A DNA stretch of 64,000 nucleotides, from contig NIVC01002829.1 in NCBI GenBank assembly GCA_002269645.1, forward strand, positions 29,794 to 93,793. Direction: 5' to 3'. The translations under genes were made by a program, and so were the position numbers. The notes beneath the pieces are model-generated. The model did no database searches, was not told where the DNA came from, and saw only the letters and a list, made by a program, of their open reading frames with translations. Numbering within the stretch: the first letter of the stretch is position 1; each line of letters begins with the position of its first letter. The DNA is from Macrostomum lignano (lineage: Eukaryota). This document shows positions 23,900-35,844 of this stretch, in pieces.

Positions 23900-24193
23900 G
23901 CCACTCGGCGATCTGCTTCCTCGGGCAGTTCATCACCTCCTGCCAGTGCTTGTCAGGCAGGTCGCCCTTGGCTAAGCCGAGCTCCAGGCGGCCGATCACT
24001 TCGTTCTTAGTCACTCGGTCCCAGTCCAGCACCAGCAGCTCCAGGGACAGCTGGTGCAGGCCCTCATTTGGCGGCACCTCGAACACGAAGGACTCGTTGT
24101 ACACCGGGTTCAGCGTGCGCTTCTTCACGTGGGTCTTCTTCTTGGCGATCCGCTGTCCGTTGTACAGCAGGTACAGCTTCACGTACGGGTCAC
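23883..24193 (-). CDS. SYT4: Synaptotagmin-4/11 exon 4 (C2B)
   Basis: Acceptor CCCCACAG| at 24194. [54 protein letters not shown]; TGA at 23883-23885. Confidence 0.95.
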
Positions 24194-24215
24194 CTGTGGG
24201 GACGGTTTGAGTTCT

Positions 24216-24640
24216 GGCATCTCTCCCTGACTCTTTCTCTCCCTGACCCATTCTCTCCCTGACCCATTCTCTCCCTGACCCTTTCTCTCCCTGACCCACT
24301 CTCCCCCTGACCCTTTCTCTCCCTGACCCTTTCTCTCCCTGACCCATTCTCTCCCTGACCCATTCTCTCCCTGACCCTTTCTCTCCCTGACCCATTCTCT
24401 CCCTGACCCATTCTCTCCCTGACCCTTTCTCTCCCTGACCCATTCTCTCCCTGACCCTTTCTCTCCCTGACCCATTCTCTCCCTGACCCATTCTCTCCCT
24501 GACCCTTTCTCTCCCTGACCCATTCTCTCCCTGACCCATTCTCTTCCTGACCCATTCTCTCCCTGACCCTTTCTCTCCCTGACCCATTCTCTCCCTGACC
24601 CATTCTCTCCCTGACCCATTCTTTACCTGACCCATTCTCC
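24216..24640. repeat. 16-bp minisatellite (CTCTCCCTGACCCWTT)n in synaptotagmin intron 3
   Basis: Direct reading. Confidence 0.93.
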
Positions 24641-25914
24641 GTGACCCATTTTCTCAGAAATATTTCCCTGCCACAAATTTCCTGACTCATCAGGTCCTGC
24701 CAGTGCTCAGGTGTTGTTAATAACAATTTCTAGCAGGTAGCTTTTGGGTCTTATTTAATGAGCACCTGATACCCCAAACCGCAATAAATTCCTGGCTGAA
24801 ATTATTTTTAGCCAGCAATTGTCGAATCCTAATTTGGTTCCTCCGCAGCCACCGCTATGGGTTGCATTGTCCTTGGATTGCAACTGCCTGACAATGCGCT
24901 CAGTCTGTGGGTTTCTGAATCTGACAGTCCTGAGCGGGGGGACAGGGGGGGGGGCGCTGAGAGCCGCCAGCACTAATTGATTAACTTCCCAGCTCTGCTG
25001 AGGTCCGCATACCGGCTCCCGGAGTTGCCAGCTCAGGTCAGGAGTGAGGAGGGGAACAAATCCCAGTTGCCGGGACCCGAACTTCCCAGAATGCAAATTT
25101 TCGACCTCCACTTCAGTCTCGCGTTTCGCGGGCCCCGGGCATCTCAGCCTCAGTGCCGAGTGAATGCGGAACTGGGCTTTGGAGGGGGAGGGATGGTCGA
25201 GATGGCGAGACCGCGGAGGCTGGGAGGCCACATCTAAATTTAGCCGCATCAGCCCAGACGGCTGTGTAATGAAAAAAGCGAGGAGCGGAGCTGCTTGGCG
25301 TGGGGAGTTGGGAGCAGGGCTTGTTTGCGCGGCAAGGGCGGCCGCACTGCACTTTACTTTCGTGGAAATGGGAAGAAATAAGAGAAGAACTGATGGGAGT
25401 TAAGGGGGGTGGTCGCTGCGCCTCGCCGGCTCAGGCACGCGCGGGGACTGCAGCCTCAATTATTAATGGCCCACAGGCTCCTCCTTCCCCGTCTCAACCC
25501 CCCCCCCCCCCCAGGAGTCTGAGTCCCCAATTTCTCGTGTCTTGGTATTGATTTGAGGCTGGCGGGCTTGCGGTTTGCAGCTGAGATGGGGAACTGTGGG
25601 ATTTCAGCCCCCCCCCCACTGCTGCTCCTTTGTCCTCCCCTGTAGGTGTATCAGTGCTTGCCGCCCAGCCTCCCCCCGGTTCATCATTATGTTGCGTGTA
25701 CTTCAACGAAAATGCCAGCGGAAAATTCCATCTGTCAAGGTCGCAGAGAAAGCAAGAGGCAGGCTAACGCCCGCTGGGAAGGGTATTGAGTAAGGGGGAA
25801 GGGGGAGGAGGGAGAGGCTTGAGTAGGCCTGGCTCATCTGCGCCTCGTACGAAGTTTTTGAGTTTTCACTACAGAGCAAGCTTAGTACAGGTTTACAGGT
25901 TTACAGTTTTACAG

Positions 25915-26548
25915 TTGGATTGATGGGCGGATGGATGAGTAGATGGGTGGGTGGATGGGTGGGCGGATGGATGGGTGGGTGGATGGATGGATGGATGGGT
26001 GGGTGGGTGGGTGGATGGGTGAGTGGATGGATGGATGGATGGATGGATGGGTGGGTGGGTGGGTGAGTGGATGGGTGGGTGGATGGGTGGGTGGATGGAT
26101 GGGTGGGTGGATGGGTGGGTGGTTGGATGGGTGGATGAATGGATGGGTGGGTGGTTGGATGGGTGGATGAATGGATGGTGGATGGGTGGATGGGTGGGTG
26201 GATGGGTGGGTGGATGGGTGGGTGGGTGGGTGGATGGGTGGGTGGATGGGTGGGTGGATGGGTGGGTGGGTGGATGGGTGGGTGGATGGGTGGATGGGTG
26301 GGTGGATGGGTGGGTGGATGGGTGGATGAATGGATGGTGGATGGGTGGATCGGTGGGTGGATGGGTGGGTGGATAGGTGGATGGGTGGGTGGATGGATGG
26401 GTGGGTGGATGGGTGGATGGGTGGGTGGATGGGTGGATGGGTGGGTGAATGGGTGGATGGGTGGGTGGATGGATGGGTGGGTGGATGGGTGGGTGGATGG
26501 GTGGGTGGATGGGTGGATGGGTGGGTGGATGGGTGGGTGGATGGGGGA
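25915..26548. repeat. (GGAT/GGGT)n microsatellite in synaptotagmin intron 3
   Basis: Direct reading. Confidence 0.95.
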
Positions 26549-26570
26549 TCAGAGCCATTCGGCCACACAC

Positions 26571-26694
26571 CTGCCAGTCCGGTGACGTCCATCTTCGGCA
26601 GGTTCCTGGCCTTGAGCACCACGGCGGTGAGGCGGCTGGCGGCGGGCTGGTAGCAGAGGCTGACCAGCAGCTCTCCCCGGTTCTGATTGCGGAT
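26571..26694 (-). CDS. SYT4: Synaptotagmin-4/11 exon 3 (start of C2B)
   Basis: Acceptor TTGCAG| at 26695. [36 protein letters not shown]. Donor G|GTGTGT at 26570, phase 1. Confidence 0.93.
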
Positions 26695-26768
26695 CTGCAA
26701 GAAAGAAATGCAAAATAACAATGGAAAATTTTTGTACTGCAGGATAAGGCTCAGCTGAAGCCGCTCAC

Positions 26769-27547
26769 CTTGAACTGCCGGGGCTGAATTTCGCGGGTGA
26801 TGGAGAACGGGTCGTCCTGCGGGTCCATGTCGCCCAGCGGGAACAGAACCTCGCCGATGATCTCGTCGCGCGAGAAGCGGTCGAAGCTCAGCACCACGAA
26901 GTGCAGGCTGGTGGCGCGCATCTGGCCCGGCTTGACCCCGTAGAAGCTGAAGGTCTCCTCGTACACCGGACTGCAGGTGCGCCTGAGCACCCGCGTCTTC
27001 ACTTTGTGCCGCTTCTCCGGCAGCAGCTGCAGTTTCACGTAGGGATCGGCGGCGCCCGGCGCCTGCGGATCTCGCGAAGGCAGGTCGTCGCAGCGAATCA
27101 CCGTTACCAGCAGCGTCTGCTTGACCTTGTCGTAGAGGACAGAAAAGGTCAAGGTTCCCAGCTGCTGCTGTTCCCCCGGCTGCTGCGACAGTCGCTGCTG
27201 CCGCTGCTGTGGGTCGCCATCCGCCGGCGAGCTGCCCTCCGACATCATCTGCACCGGGTCCCTGGCGTCCGGCGACATCGACGAGGAGCTGCCACCGCGG
27301 CTGCCGCGGCCAGCCACCTTTTGCTGCTGCTGCTGTTGCTGCAACGACAGCGAGCGGCTGAGGCTGCGCTCACGGCTCTCCTCTGCCAGGCCGCGACGGA
27401 TCGCGCTGGTCAGCCGGCGGCCCGGCGCCTCCTCCCGGCGTCGCTTCAGCGTCCGGTAGCCGAAGGCGGCCAGGCCGGCCACGGCGAACACCGCCGCCAC
27501 CGTCAGGCCGATGATGGCACCGATGCTCAGGCCGCCGAGCTGAGCGG
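26769..27547 (-). CDS. SYT4: Synaptotagmin-4/11 exon 2 (TM helix, linker, C2A)
   Basis: Acceptor CACCCAG| at 27548, phase 1. [25 protein letters not shown] followed by RTLKRRR. C2A has LSFDRFSRD (the Asp-to-Ser change diagnostic of Syt4/11). Donor AAG|GTGAG at 26768. Confidence 0.93.
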
Positions 27548-27577
27548 CTGGGTGAGAGAGAGAGATGTGGTTAGTTA

Positions 27578-28347
<770 letters not shown>

Positions 28348-28420
28348 GCTAACTAACCAACTGACTGACTGACTGACTGACTGACTAGCTGACACGACAA
28401 TTCAGACTTGAGCCACTCAC

Positions 28421-28442
28421 CGCCTTGAGCCAGTGGGGCCAT
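28421..28442 (-). CDS. SYT4: Synaptotagmin-4/11 exon 1 (MAPLAQG, 22 nt coding)
   Basis: ATG at 28442 and donor G|GTGAGT at 28420. Phase 1 matches the exon-2 acceptor. Confidence 0.7.
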
Positions 28443-29391
28443 TCAGCTGCTAAAGTCGCTCTCTGCTCTGAGCAGCTGTCAATCTGAACCTGTCTGTAGC
28501 AGTAAGTCTCCGTCTTCGTCCTTAAAAGCCAATTCGATCGCTAGGGTGCTCAGCTCCAGTTGCTAGTCGACGACTTGAACTCGGGATGATGGAGCCGGAG
28601 GAGGGCAAGATGCACTGCGCTTATATTTATGGCGACGCTACCGAACTCTCGCGGGTGATCGATGTCTCACAGTGTGTGCAGCAGGGGGGGGGGGGGGGGA
28701 GGCGGCCTCCTCAGCGCGCCATGACTGATTGGATGGTGCGAAGGATTGGGCGGCGGGGCAGGCGCTGCACTTGGCGAGTGCCGAGCGATCGATTTTTTGA
28801 GCCTCGGAGGCCGGAGGAGCACCGAGGAACGCGGCGGGGGGGATGGCCAAGGCGAGACCGGCTCCTCCCGGTAAGAAGAGATGAAGAAGGCGAAACAGAA
28901 AGAGAGAGGCTGGAAGAGATAGATGGAGGAGCTTGGAGTGGCTGCGAGATTGAAGAGGGAGATGTAAAGAGTGAGCTGGCTAAAAATAGCTGCAGCAGGG
29001 CGGGGGGCAGTGAGAGCTCTCAGGGCTCAGGCCAGCAGGGAAGAGGGGAGCCCAGCCAAGCATGGCATCTCTGTCTCTCCTGAGCTTGGAGACGGGGAGC
29101 AGCAGGGTAGGGACTCAGCCCCCCCTCACTCATTTTTGCGTGTTTTTCTGGTGTCCCCAACGCAGCAGTGGGCCGGCTGCTCACCGGAGCAGCTTGATGG
29201 AGGCCAGCGGGGTGGAAAAAAGAGGAGCCCAAGTCCAACTGCTGAGGCCTGAACGGAAGAATTGGGGGCAGAGAGGCAGGCTGCGGCGCCCGTTCTCCAT
29301 CGCCTTGATGTCCGAGATAGGCAGCTGGGAGAGCCGCCGCCCTGCGGCAAACGATGGGGAAAGAGTGTTAATGAAATTACTGCTGTCTCTG

Positions 29392-29892
29392 CTCACTCAC
29401 TCACTCACTCACTCACTCACTCACTCACTCACTCACTCACTCACTCACTCACTCACTCACTCACTCACTCACTCACTCACTCACTCACTCACTCACTCAC
29501 TCACTCACTCACTCACTCACTCACTCACTCACTCACTCACTCACTCACTCACTCACTCACTCACTCACTCACTCACTCACTCACTCACTCACTCACTCAC
29601 TCACTCACTCACTCACTCACTCACTCACTCACTCACTCACTCACTCACTCACTCACTCACTCACTCACTCACTCACTCACTCACTCACTCACTCACTCAC
29701 TCACTCACTCACTCACTCACTCACTCACTCACTCACTCACTCACTCACTCACTCACTCACTCACTCACTCACTCACTCACTCACTCACTCACTCACTCAC
29801 TCACTCACTCACTCACTCACTCACTCACTCACTCACTCACTCACTCACTCACTCACTCACTCACTCACTCACTCACTCACTCACTCACTCAC
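29392..29892. repeat. Perfect (CTCA)n microsatellite, ~125 units
   Basis: Direct reading. Confidence 0.98.
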
Positions 29893-30464
29893 TTGTTCGA
29901 CATAAATCAAGTACCAAGTGGTGTAGAACAAGGTCAAACGGTCCCACACACCCAGAATCCCTTCAGCTCACAAATACCTCATCATTTGCAGGCCATCTAT
30001 TACTCATAGCTTGCGTCGGCAGTTGCCAGAGCCCACTGAAGTGAGCTGGGTGCTGGGATGTTCCACACGGCTCCCATGGCTGCAGAAAGCTTTATTGACA
30101 TTGGAACAGGTTTGTTAATGCATTTTTTTCTGACCCAAGCCCTTGGCTTTAATCTCTCTCCCAACAGTTAATCCACTGGGAGCTCTCTGAGCTGTGCTGA
30201 ATTCACAATATTGAGCGTCACCGCGTCAGTTCGCTCCATTTCTACCTGACGTGCGCAACGAAACAAGATAAAAATTGCAGCAATTTTCTCTGCCGAAATC
30301 GAATATAATTGGCCAATTACAGTTCGCTACCTCAATTTCAAAGCCGAATGCAGGTGGGCAGAGAGGCTCTGGCATCGCAGTCAGGCAATTTGGGAGAATT
30401 GGCTCTCGATCTGCGGGGCAATTTTTGCATTTAGGCTCACCGACATCCCACGTCAACACATCAG

Positions 30465-30680
30465 GACTCCCTCACTCAGGACTCAGTCGCCCAGGACTCA
30501 TTCAGTCAGGACCCACTCACTCAGGACTCAGTCAACCAGCACTCAGTCACTCAGGAGTCAGTTACCCAAGACTCAGTCACTCAGGACTCAGTCACTCAGG
30601 AGTCACTCACCCAGGACTCACTCACTCAGGACTCAGTCACTCAGGACTCAGTCACCCAGGACTCACTCACCCAGGAGTTG
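30465..30680. repeat. ~15-bp repeat (ACTCAGTCACTCAGG)n
   Basis: Direct reading. Confidence 0.85.
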
Positions 30681-31749
30681 CCCTCAGTAGACTCAAAAAG
30701 GCAGTTGAGCTCATGTGAAACAGGATCTTCAATAAGCAGTTTTTTCTTATCCAACTCGCATATTCCAGCAATACTACTTTCCAGAAAATAAGTAATAAAC
30801 TTGAATCCTGGCGTGATGCAAAATCGTACTTTACAATAACTGTGAACAACACTAGGAAGCCGCTTATCGCACGGGAAGCACTGGGTAGCAACAGAGATCC
30901 GCTCTTGTCCCCGTCTGCTCCCCCGCCGCTCTGCTCAGGGCTTGCCGATGGGATTCTAATTAGGGAAATTGCACCTGTGTCGCCTGCCGAGGCCTCGCCT
31001 TAATTATCCCAACCTCTTGCCCGGCCTGGGCGGCGGCTCACAGCAAGATGAAGCCTTTCAGCCTCCGGGATGAAGAAAATTACAGCTAGTAGGGGAGCGG
31101 CCGCCCCATCTCAGTCTTTTTTCACTCTCTACGTCTTTTGTTTGAAAGGAACTCCCGTTCTTTTCTAACAACCTCTGCTTCGCGCGGGTCATTGCGACTG
31201 TTTTAAACGGATTAAAACCCCCCCCGCAATTGCAGTGGGGATCAATGCAGCCGTCTGCTCCCCCCCCCCCACCAGCGCCGCGGATTCCCGCTGGATTCTG
31301 GAAGATCATCCCCGGTCCTGATGGCACTCGCACACGCGCAAAGAGTGTCAAGCGGTCCTAAGAATCGCATCTCAGAAGCTGCCCAGCTGCCGAGCCCCTC
31401 CCCAGCCAATCAGAGGCCCTCAAGCTCGAGCAGCCGCAGCCGCAGCCGCTGCAGAGGCGAAAAAGCGCAGGACGGAGGTCTCCAGTTCCCACCTTGCTGC
31501 CCCCCCCCTGCCGCTCACTCGGCAGAAAAAGCTTGACGGAGGGGGGTGGGCCGGGCCGATAGCCGGGCAGGATTTGAAGCCCCCTCAGAGAGAAGGAAAT
31601 CGCGCAGCTCTCAGCCACTACTTGGCCGCTTTGTCTTCGCTGACCACCCCGCCGCCCCGCCAGGCAAGCTAAATTGCACCTGTTGCTGCCGGCCCTCGCG
31701 CTGTCTAAGGAATTGCCCGCATTGTCGCCAGCTCGCAGCCACAGCCAGC

Positions 31750-32045
31750 ATGCAGTCTTGGGACTTCTGCGTGAAGCCGCGCCTGACCACGCTCACGAAC
31801 ACCCACAAGGTGGTCCGCGCCCGCCAGTCCACCTTCACGCCCAGCTGCCTGCAGAGGCTGAAGGCCTACCACGAGAGCTCCGCGGCGCACGTTGAGGCCA
31901 ACGAATTCCTGCTGCTGCCCAGCGAGATTCTCCTGCCAGACTTTGTCTGCGAGGTCCGGCGCGGACCGCTGGGTGAGCAGCGGCGCGGCGCCCTCCTGGT
32001 GCTGGCCGACGGACTCCTGCTGATAGCGCAGGCCGAGTCAGTCGC

Positions 32046-32081
<36 letters not shown>

Positions 32082-32616
32082 AGTCAACTGCGTTTCACCT
32101 GCGGGAGCTTCGTCGCCCGCTAGCGGCAGCGGCTCAGACGTGCTGGAGAGGTGGGCCACCCGCGGCGTCAGCCGCTCCGAGTGGCAGGCGGCCGCCCCCG
32201 GCCTCACGCCGCAGCTCACCCTCTGCCTGCACCGCTTCACCCTCGAGCTCATCAGCGGCTTCTCCATCCTGCTGGCCGCGCCCGGCCTCACTCTGGAGCT
32301 CACTCCCATCACCTACAACTCGCAGAGCCTGTTCGAGCTGCTGTGCGCTCACCGGGATCTGGACATCTGCGACCTGTTCATCAGCCTGCGGGGAGACGCC
32401 AAGCCCACCTACCTGGGCCTGGAATCACCGCGTCATGTCTCGCAGGCCTCCCTGCTGTCCCAGGTGCCGTTGTCGTCTAGCCCCTGCTCGACTAAATTCT
32501 TCAAGAAGAAATTTGACTCGCTCTGGGGCTACTTCAGCATCCGAGCCCCCATCAATGAGAACTCCAAGATGTTCTACGGGGCTATCGCCAACCCCGATCT
32601 GGAGGGCAACTTGCAG
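31750..32616 (+). CDS. PH-domain protein, exon 1 (possible N-terminal PH-like fold; upstream exons not excluded)
   Basis: GC-rich ORF from ATG 31750; donor CAG|GTAAAA at 32617, phase 0. LEGNLQ continues into PH strand 1 of the next exon. Confidence 0.7.
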
Positions 32617-32629
32617 GTAAAACAGGACC

Positions 32630-34650
32630 TACCCACACCCTGATCTACTCTGTCCCTCACCCTGATCTAGTCTGTCCCACACCCTGATCTAGTCTGTCCC
32701 ACACCCTGATCTAGTCTGTCCCACACCCTTATCTACTCTGTCCCTCATCCTGATCTAGTCTGTCCCACACCCTGATCTAGTCTGTCCTACACCCTGATCT
32801 AGTCTGTCCCACACCCTGATCTAGTCTGTCCCACACCCTGATCTAGTCTGTCCCACACCCTAATCTAGTCTGTCCCACACCCTGATCTAGTCTGTCCCAC
32901 ACCCTGATCTAGTCTGTCCCACACCCTAATCTAGTCTGTCCCACACCCTGATCTAGTCTGTCCTACACCCTGATCTAGTCTGTCCCACACCCTGATCTAG
33001 TCTGTCCCACACCCTGATCTAGTCTGTCCCACACCCTGATCTAGTCTGTCCTACACCCTGATCTAGTCTGTCCCACACCCTAATCTAGTCTGTCCCACAC
33101 CCTGATCTACTCGTAGTCTGTCCCACACCCTGATCTAGTCTGTCCCACACCCTGATCTAGTCTGTCCCACACCCTAATCTAGTCTGTCCCACACCCTGAT
33201 CTACTCGTAGTCTGTCCCACACCCTGATCTAGTCTGTCCCACACCCTGATCTACTCGTAGTCTGTCCTACACCCTGATCTAGTCTGTCCCACACCCTGAT
33301 CTACTCGTAGTCTGTCCTACACCCTGATCTAGTCTGTCCTACACCCTGATCTAGTCTGTCCCACACCCTGATCTAGTCTGTCCCACACCCTGATCTAGTC
33401 TGTCCCACACCCTGATCTAGTCTGTCCCACACCCTGATCTACTCGTAGTCTGTCCTACACCCTGATCTAGTCTGTCCCACACCCTGATCTATTCTGTCCC
33501 ACACCCTGATCTAGTCTGTCCCACACCCTGATCTAGTCTGTCCCACACCCTGATCTAGTCTGTCCCTCACCCTGATTTAGTCTGTCCCACACTCTGATCT
33601 AGTCTGTCCTACACCCTGATCTAGTCTGTCCTACACCCTGATCTACTCTGTCCCTCACCCTGATCTAGTCTGTCCCACATCCTGATCTAGTCTGTCCTAC
33701 ACCCTGATCTAGTCTGTCCCTCACCCTGATCTAGTCTGTCCTACACCCTGATCTAGTCTGTCCTACACCCTGATCTAGTCTGTCCCACACCCTGATCTAG
33801 TCTGTCCTACACCCTGATCAAGTCTGTCCCACACCCTGATCTACTCTGTCCCACACCCTGATCTAGTCTGTCCCACACTCTGATCTAGTCTGTCCTACAC
33901 CCTGATCTACTCTGTCCCTCACCCTGACCTAGTCTGTCCCACATCCTGATCTAGTCTGTCCTACACCCTGATCTACTCTGTCCCTCACCCTGATCTAGTC
34001 TGTCCTACACCCTGATCTAGTCTGTCCTACACCCTGATCTAGTCTGTCCCACACCCTGATCTAGTCTGTCCCACACCCTGATCTTGTCTGTCCCACATCC
34101 TGATCTAGTCTGTCCTACACCCTGATCTACTCTGTCCCTCACCCTGATCTAGTCTGTCCTACACCCTGATCTAGTCTGTCCTACACCCTGATCTAGTCTG
34201 TCCCACACCCTGATCTAGTCTGTCCCACACCCTGATCTACTCGTAGTCTGTCCCACACCCTGATCTAGTCTGTCCCACACCCTGATCTACTCGTAGTCTG
34301 TCCCACACCCTGATCTATTCTGTCCCACACCCTAATCTAGTCTGTCCCACACCCTGATCTAGTCTGTCCCACACCCTAATCTAGTCTGTCCCACACCCTA
34401 ATCTAGTCTGTCCCACACCCTGATCTATTCGTAGTCTGTCCTACACCCTGATCTAGTCTGTCCCACACCCTGATCTAGTCTGTCCCACATCCTGATCTAG
34501 TCTGTCCTACACCCTGATCTACTCTGTCCCTCACCCTGATCTAGTCTGTCCTACACCCTGATCTAGTCTGTCCTACACCCTGATCTAGTCTGTCCCACAC
34601 CCTAATCTAGTCTGTCCCACACCCTGATCTACTCTGTCCCACACCCTTAT
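32630..34650. repeat. 22-bp minisatellite (CTGATCTAGTCTGTCCCACACC)n, ~90 copies, filling intron 1
   Basis: Direct reading. Confidence 0.97.
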
Positions 34651-34696
34651 GTATACATGATTATATCACCTGCCCTTCCCTACTAAAATCTCGCAG

Positions 34697-35194
34697 GTGA
34701 CCCGCAAAGCCAAGTCGAAGCGCCAGAAGCTGTGGACGGTGCTGAAGGGCCAGACCGTGTACATGTTCAAGAAGCGATCGAGCGCTTGCAACGCCGAATA
34801 CGAGGTGAACCTGGAGAACCTGAGCCAGCTAGAGGTGCAGGACGAGCCGGCCAAGGATCAGAACAAGCGGGAGCAGCAGCTCGCCTCGGCCATGTCCATG
34901 AGCGGCGGCGGCATCAAGACTCTGGCGCTGCGCTTCGACAACTCAAAGAAGAGCGTCTACCTCACGCCGCTGGACCGGTTCGACTTCAAGCGCTGGGAGG
35001 AGGCGCTCAGGCGGGCGATGCTCGGCGAGAAGCGGCCGGACAAAGAGCGCTGCCTGGAGGGCGGCAGCAGCCTGCAGGCCAGGCGGATCTCCGGCCTGAG
35101 CAACTCCTTCCACAACTTGGCCTCGGCCAACAACAGCGGCCAGCAGTCACCGTCGTCGTACGCGAGGAAGGAGAGCAAACTGGGCCTGGGCATT
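34697..35194 (+). CDS. PH-domain protein, exon 2 (canonical PH domain)
   Basis: Acceptor CGCAG| at 34696. KRQKLWTVLKGQTVYMFK and the C-terminal helix RWEEALRRAM. Donor ATT|GTGAGT at 35195. Confidence 0.82.
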
Positions 35195-35844
35195 GTGAGT
35201 GGCTGCTGTATTTTCCAAGAAACCATTATCCAGTTTTTTAAAAATAGTACATTCGCTCTGTGAGGATTATGAATGGCTCTTTGATTTCTAAGAAATCCTT
35301 TGAAATGGGGGTTTCTAAGAAACACCATTATTTTATTGGATTTTGAAGAGCTAAACTGGGTTCTTGTTTCTAAGAAATCTTTTAAAATTCCTTTTTCTAA
35401 GAAACATCAAAACCCACTGTGTCTTATTTCTTTAAGTAAGATTCAAAAAGGAAATTGATCAAATAATAAAACACCCGATGCACTAAAACTAGACTCAAAT
35501 ATTTCATAAAGTTGGAAATATTCTCAGGCCGCCGAGCTGCTCTAAAAAATCTGAAGCCGAACAAACGAGCACTCGATGGCGTCGAGGAGCCCCGCTAATC
35601 CAGGCGCCTCGGGTCTGAGGAGCCTCCCGAGGGTCCAGGCCAGAATTTCGCGCTTGCAAATCCAATTCTGAGCCAACGGGCCTAATTAAAAGTGCATTGC
35701 GATCTGAGCTGCAAGATATGCATCTCCGAGCCTGATCCCTGCCCGCGTGATGATGAGGTTGCGACTTGGGGGTGGAGCTGACAATGTCCACTGGATTGAG
35801 TCGGCTGGGCTCACAAGTGCCTGGGCTGCTTGATGCTCGACTGT

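Noticed and set aside
28586-29400. ORFs upstream of synaptotagmin exon 1
   Set aside because: Low-complexity purine-rich translations without motifs; likely promoter or UTR sequence.
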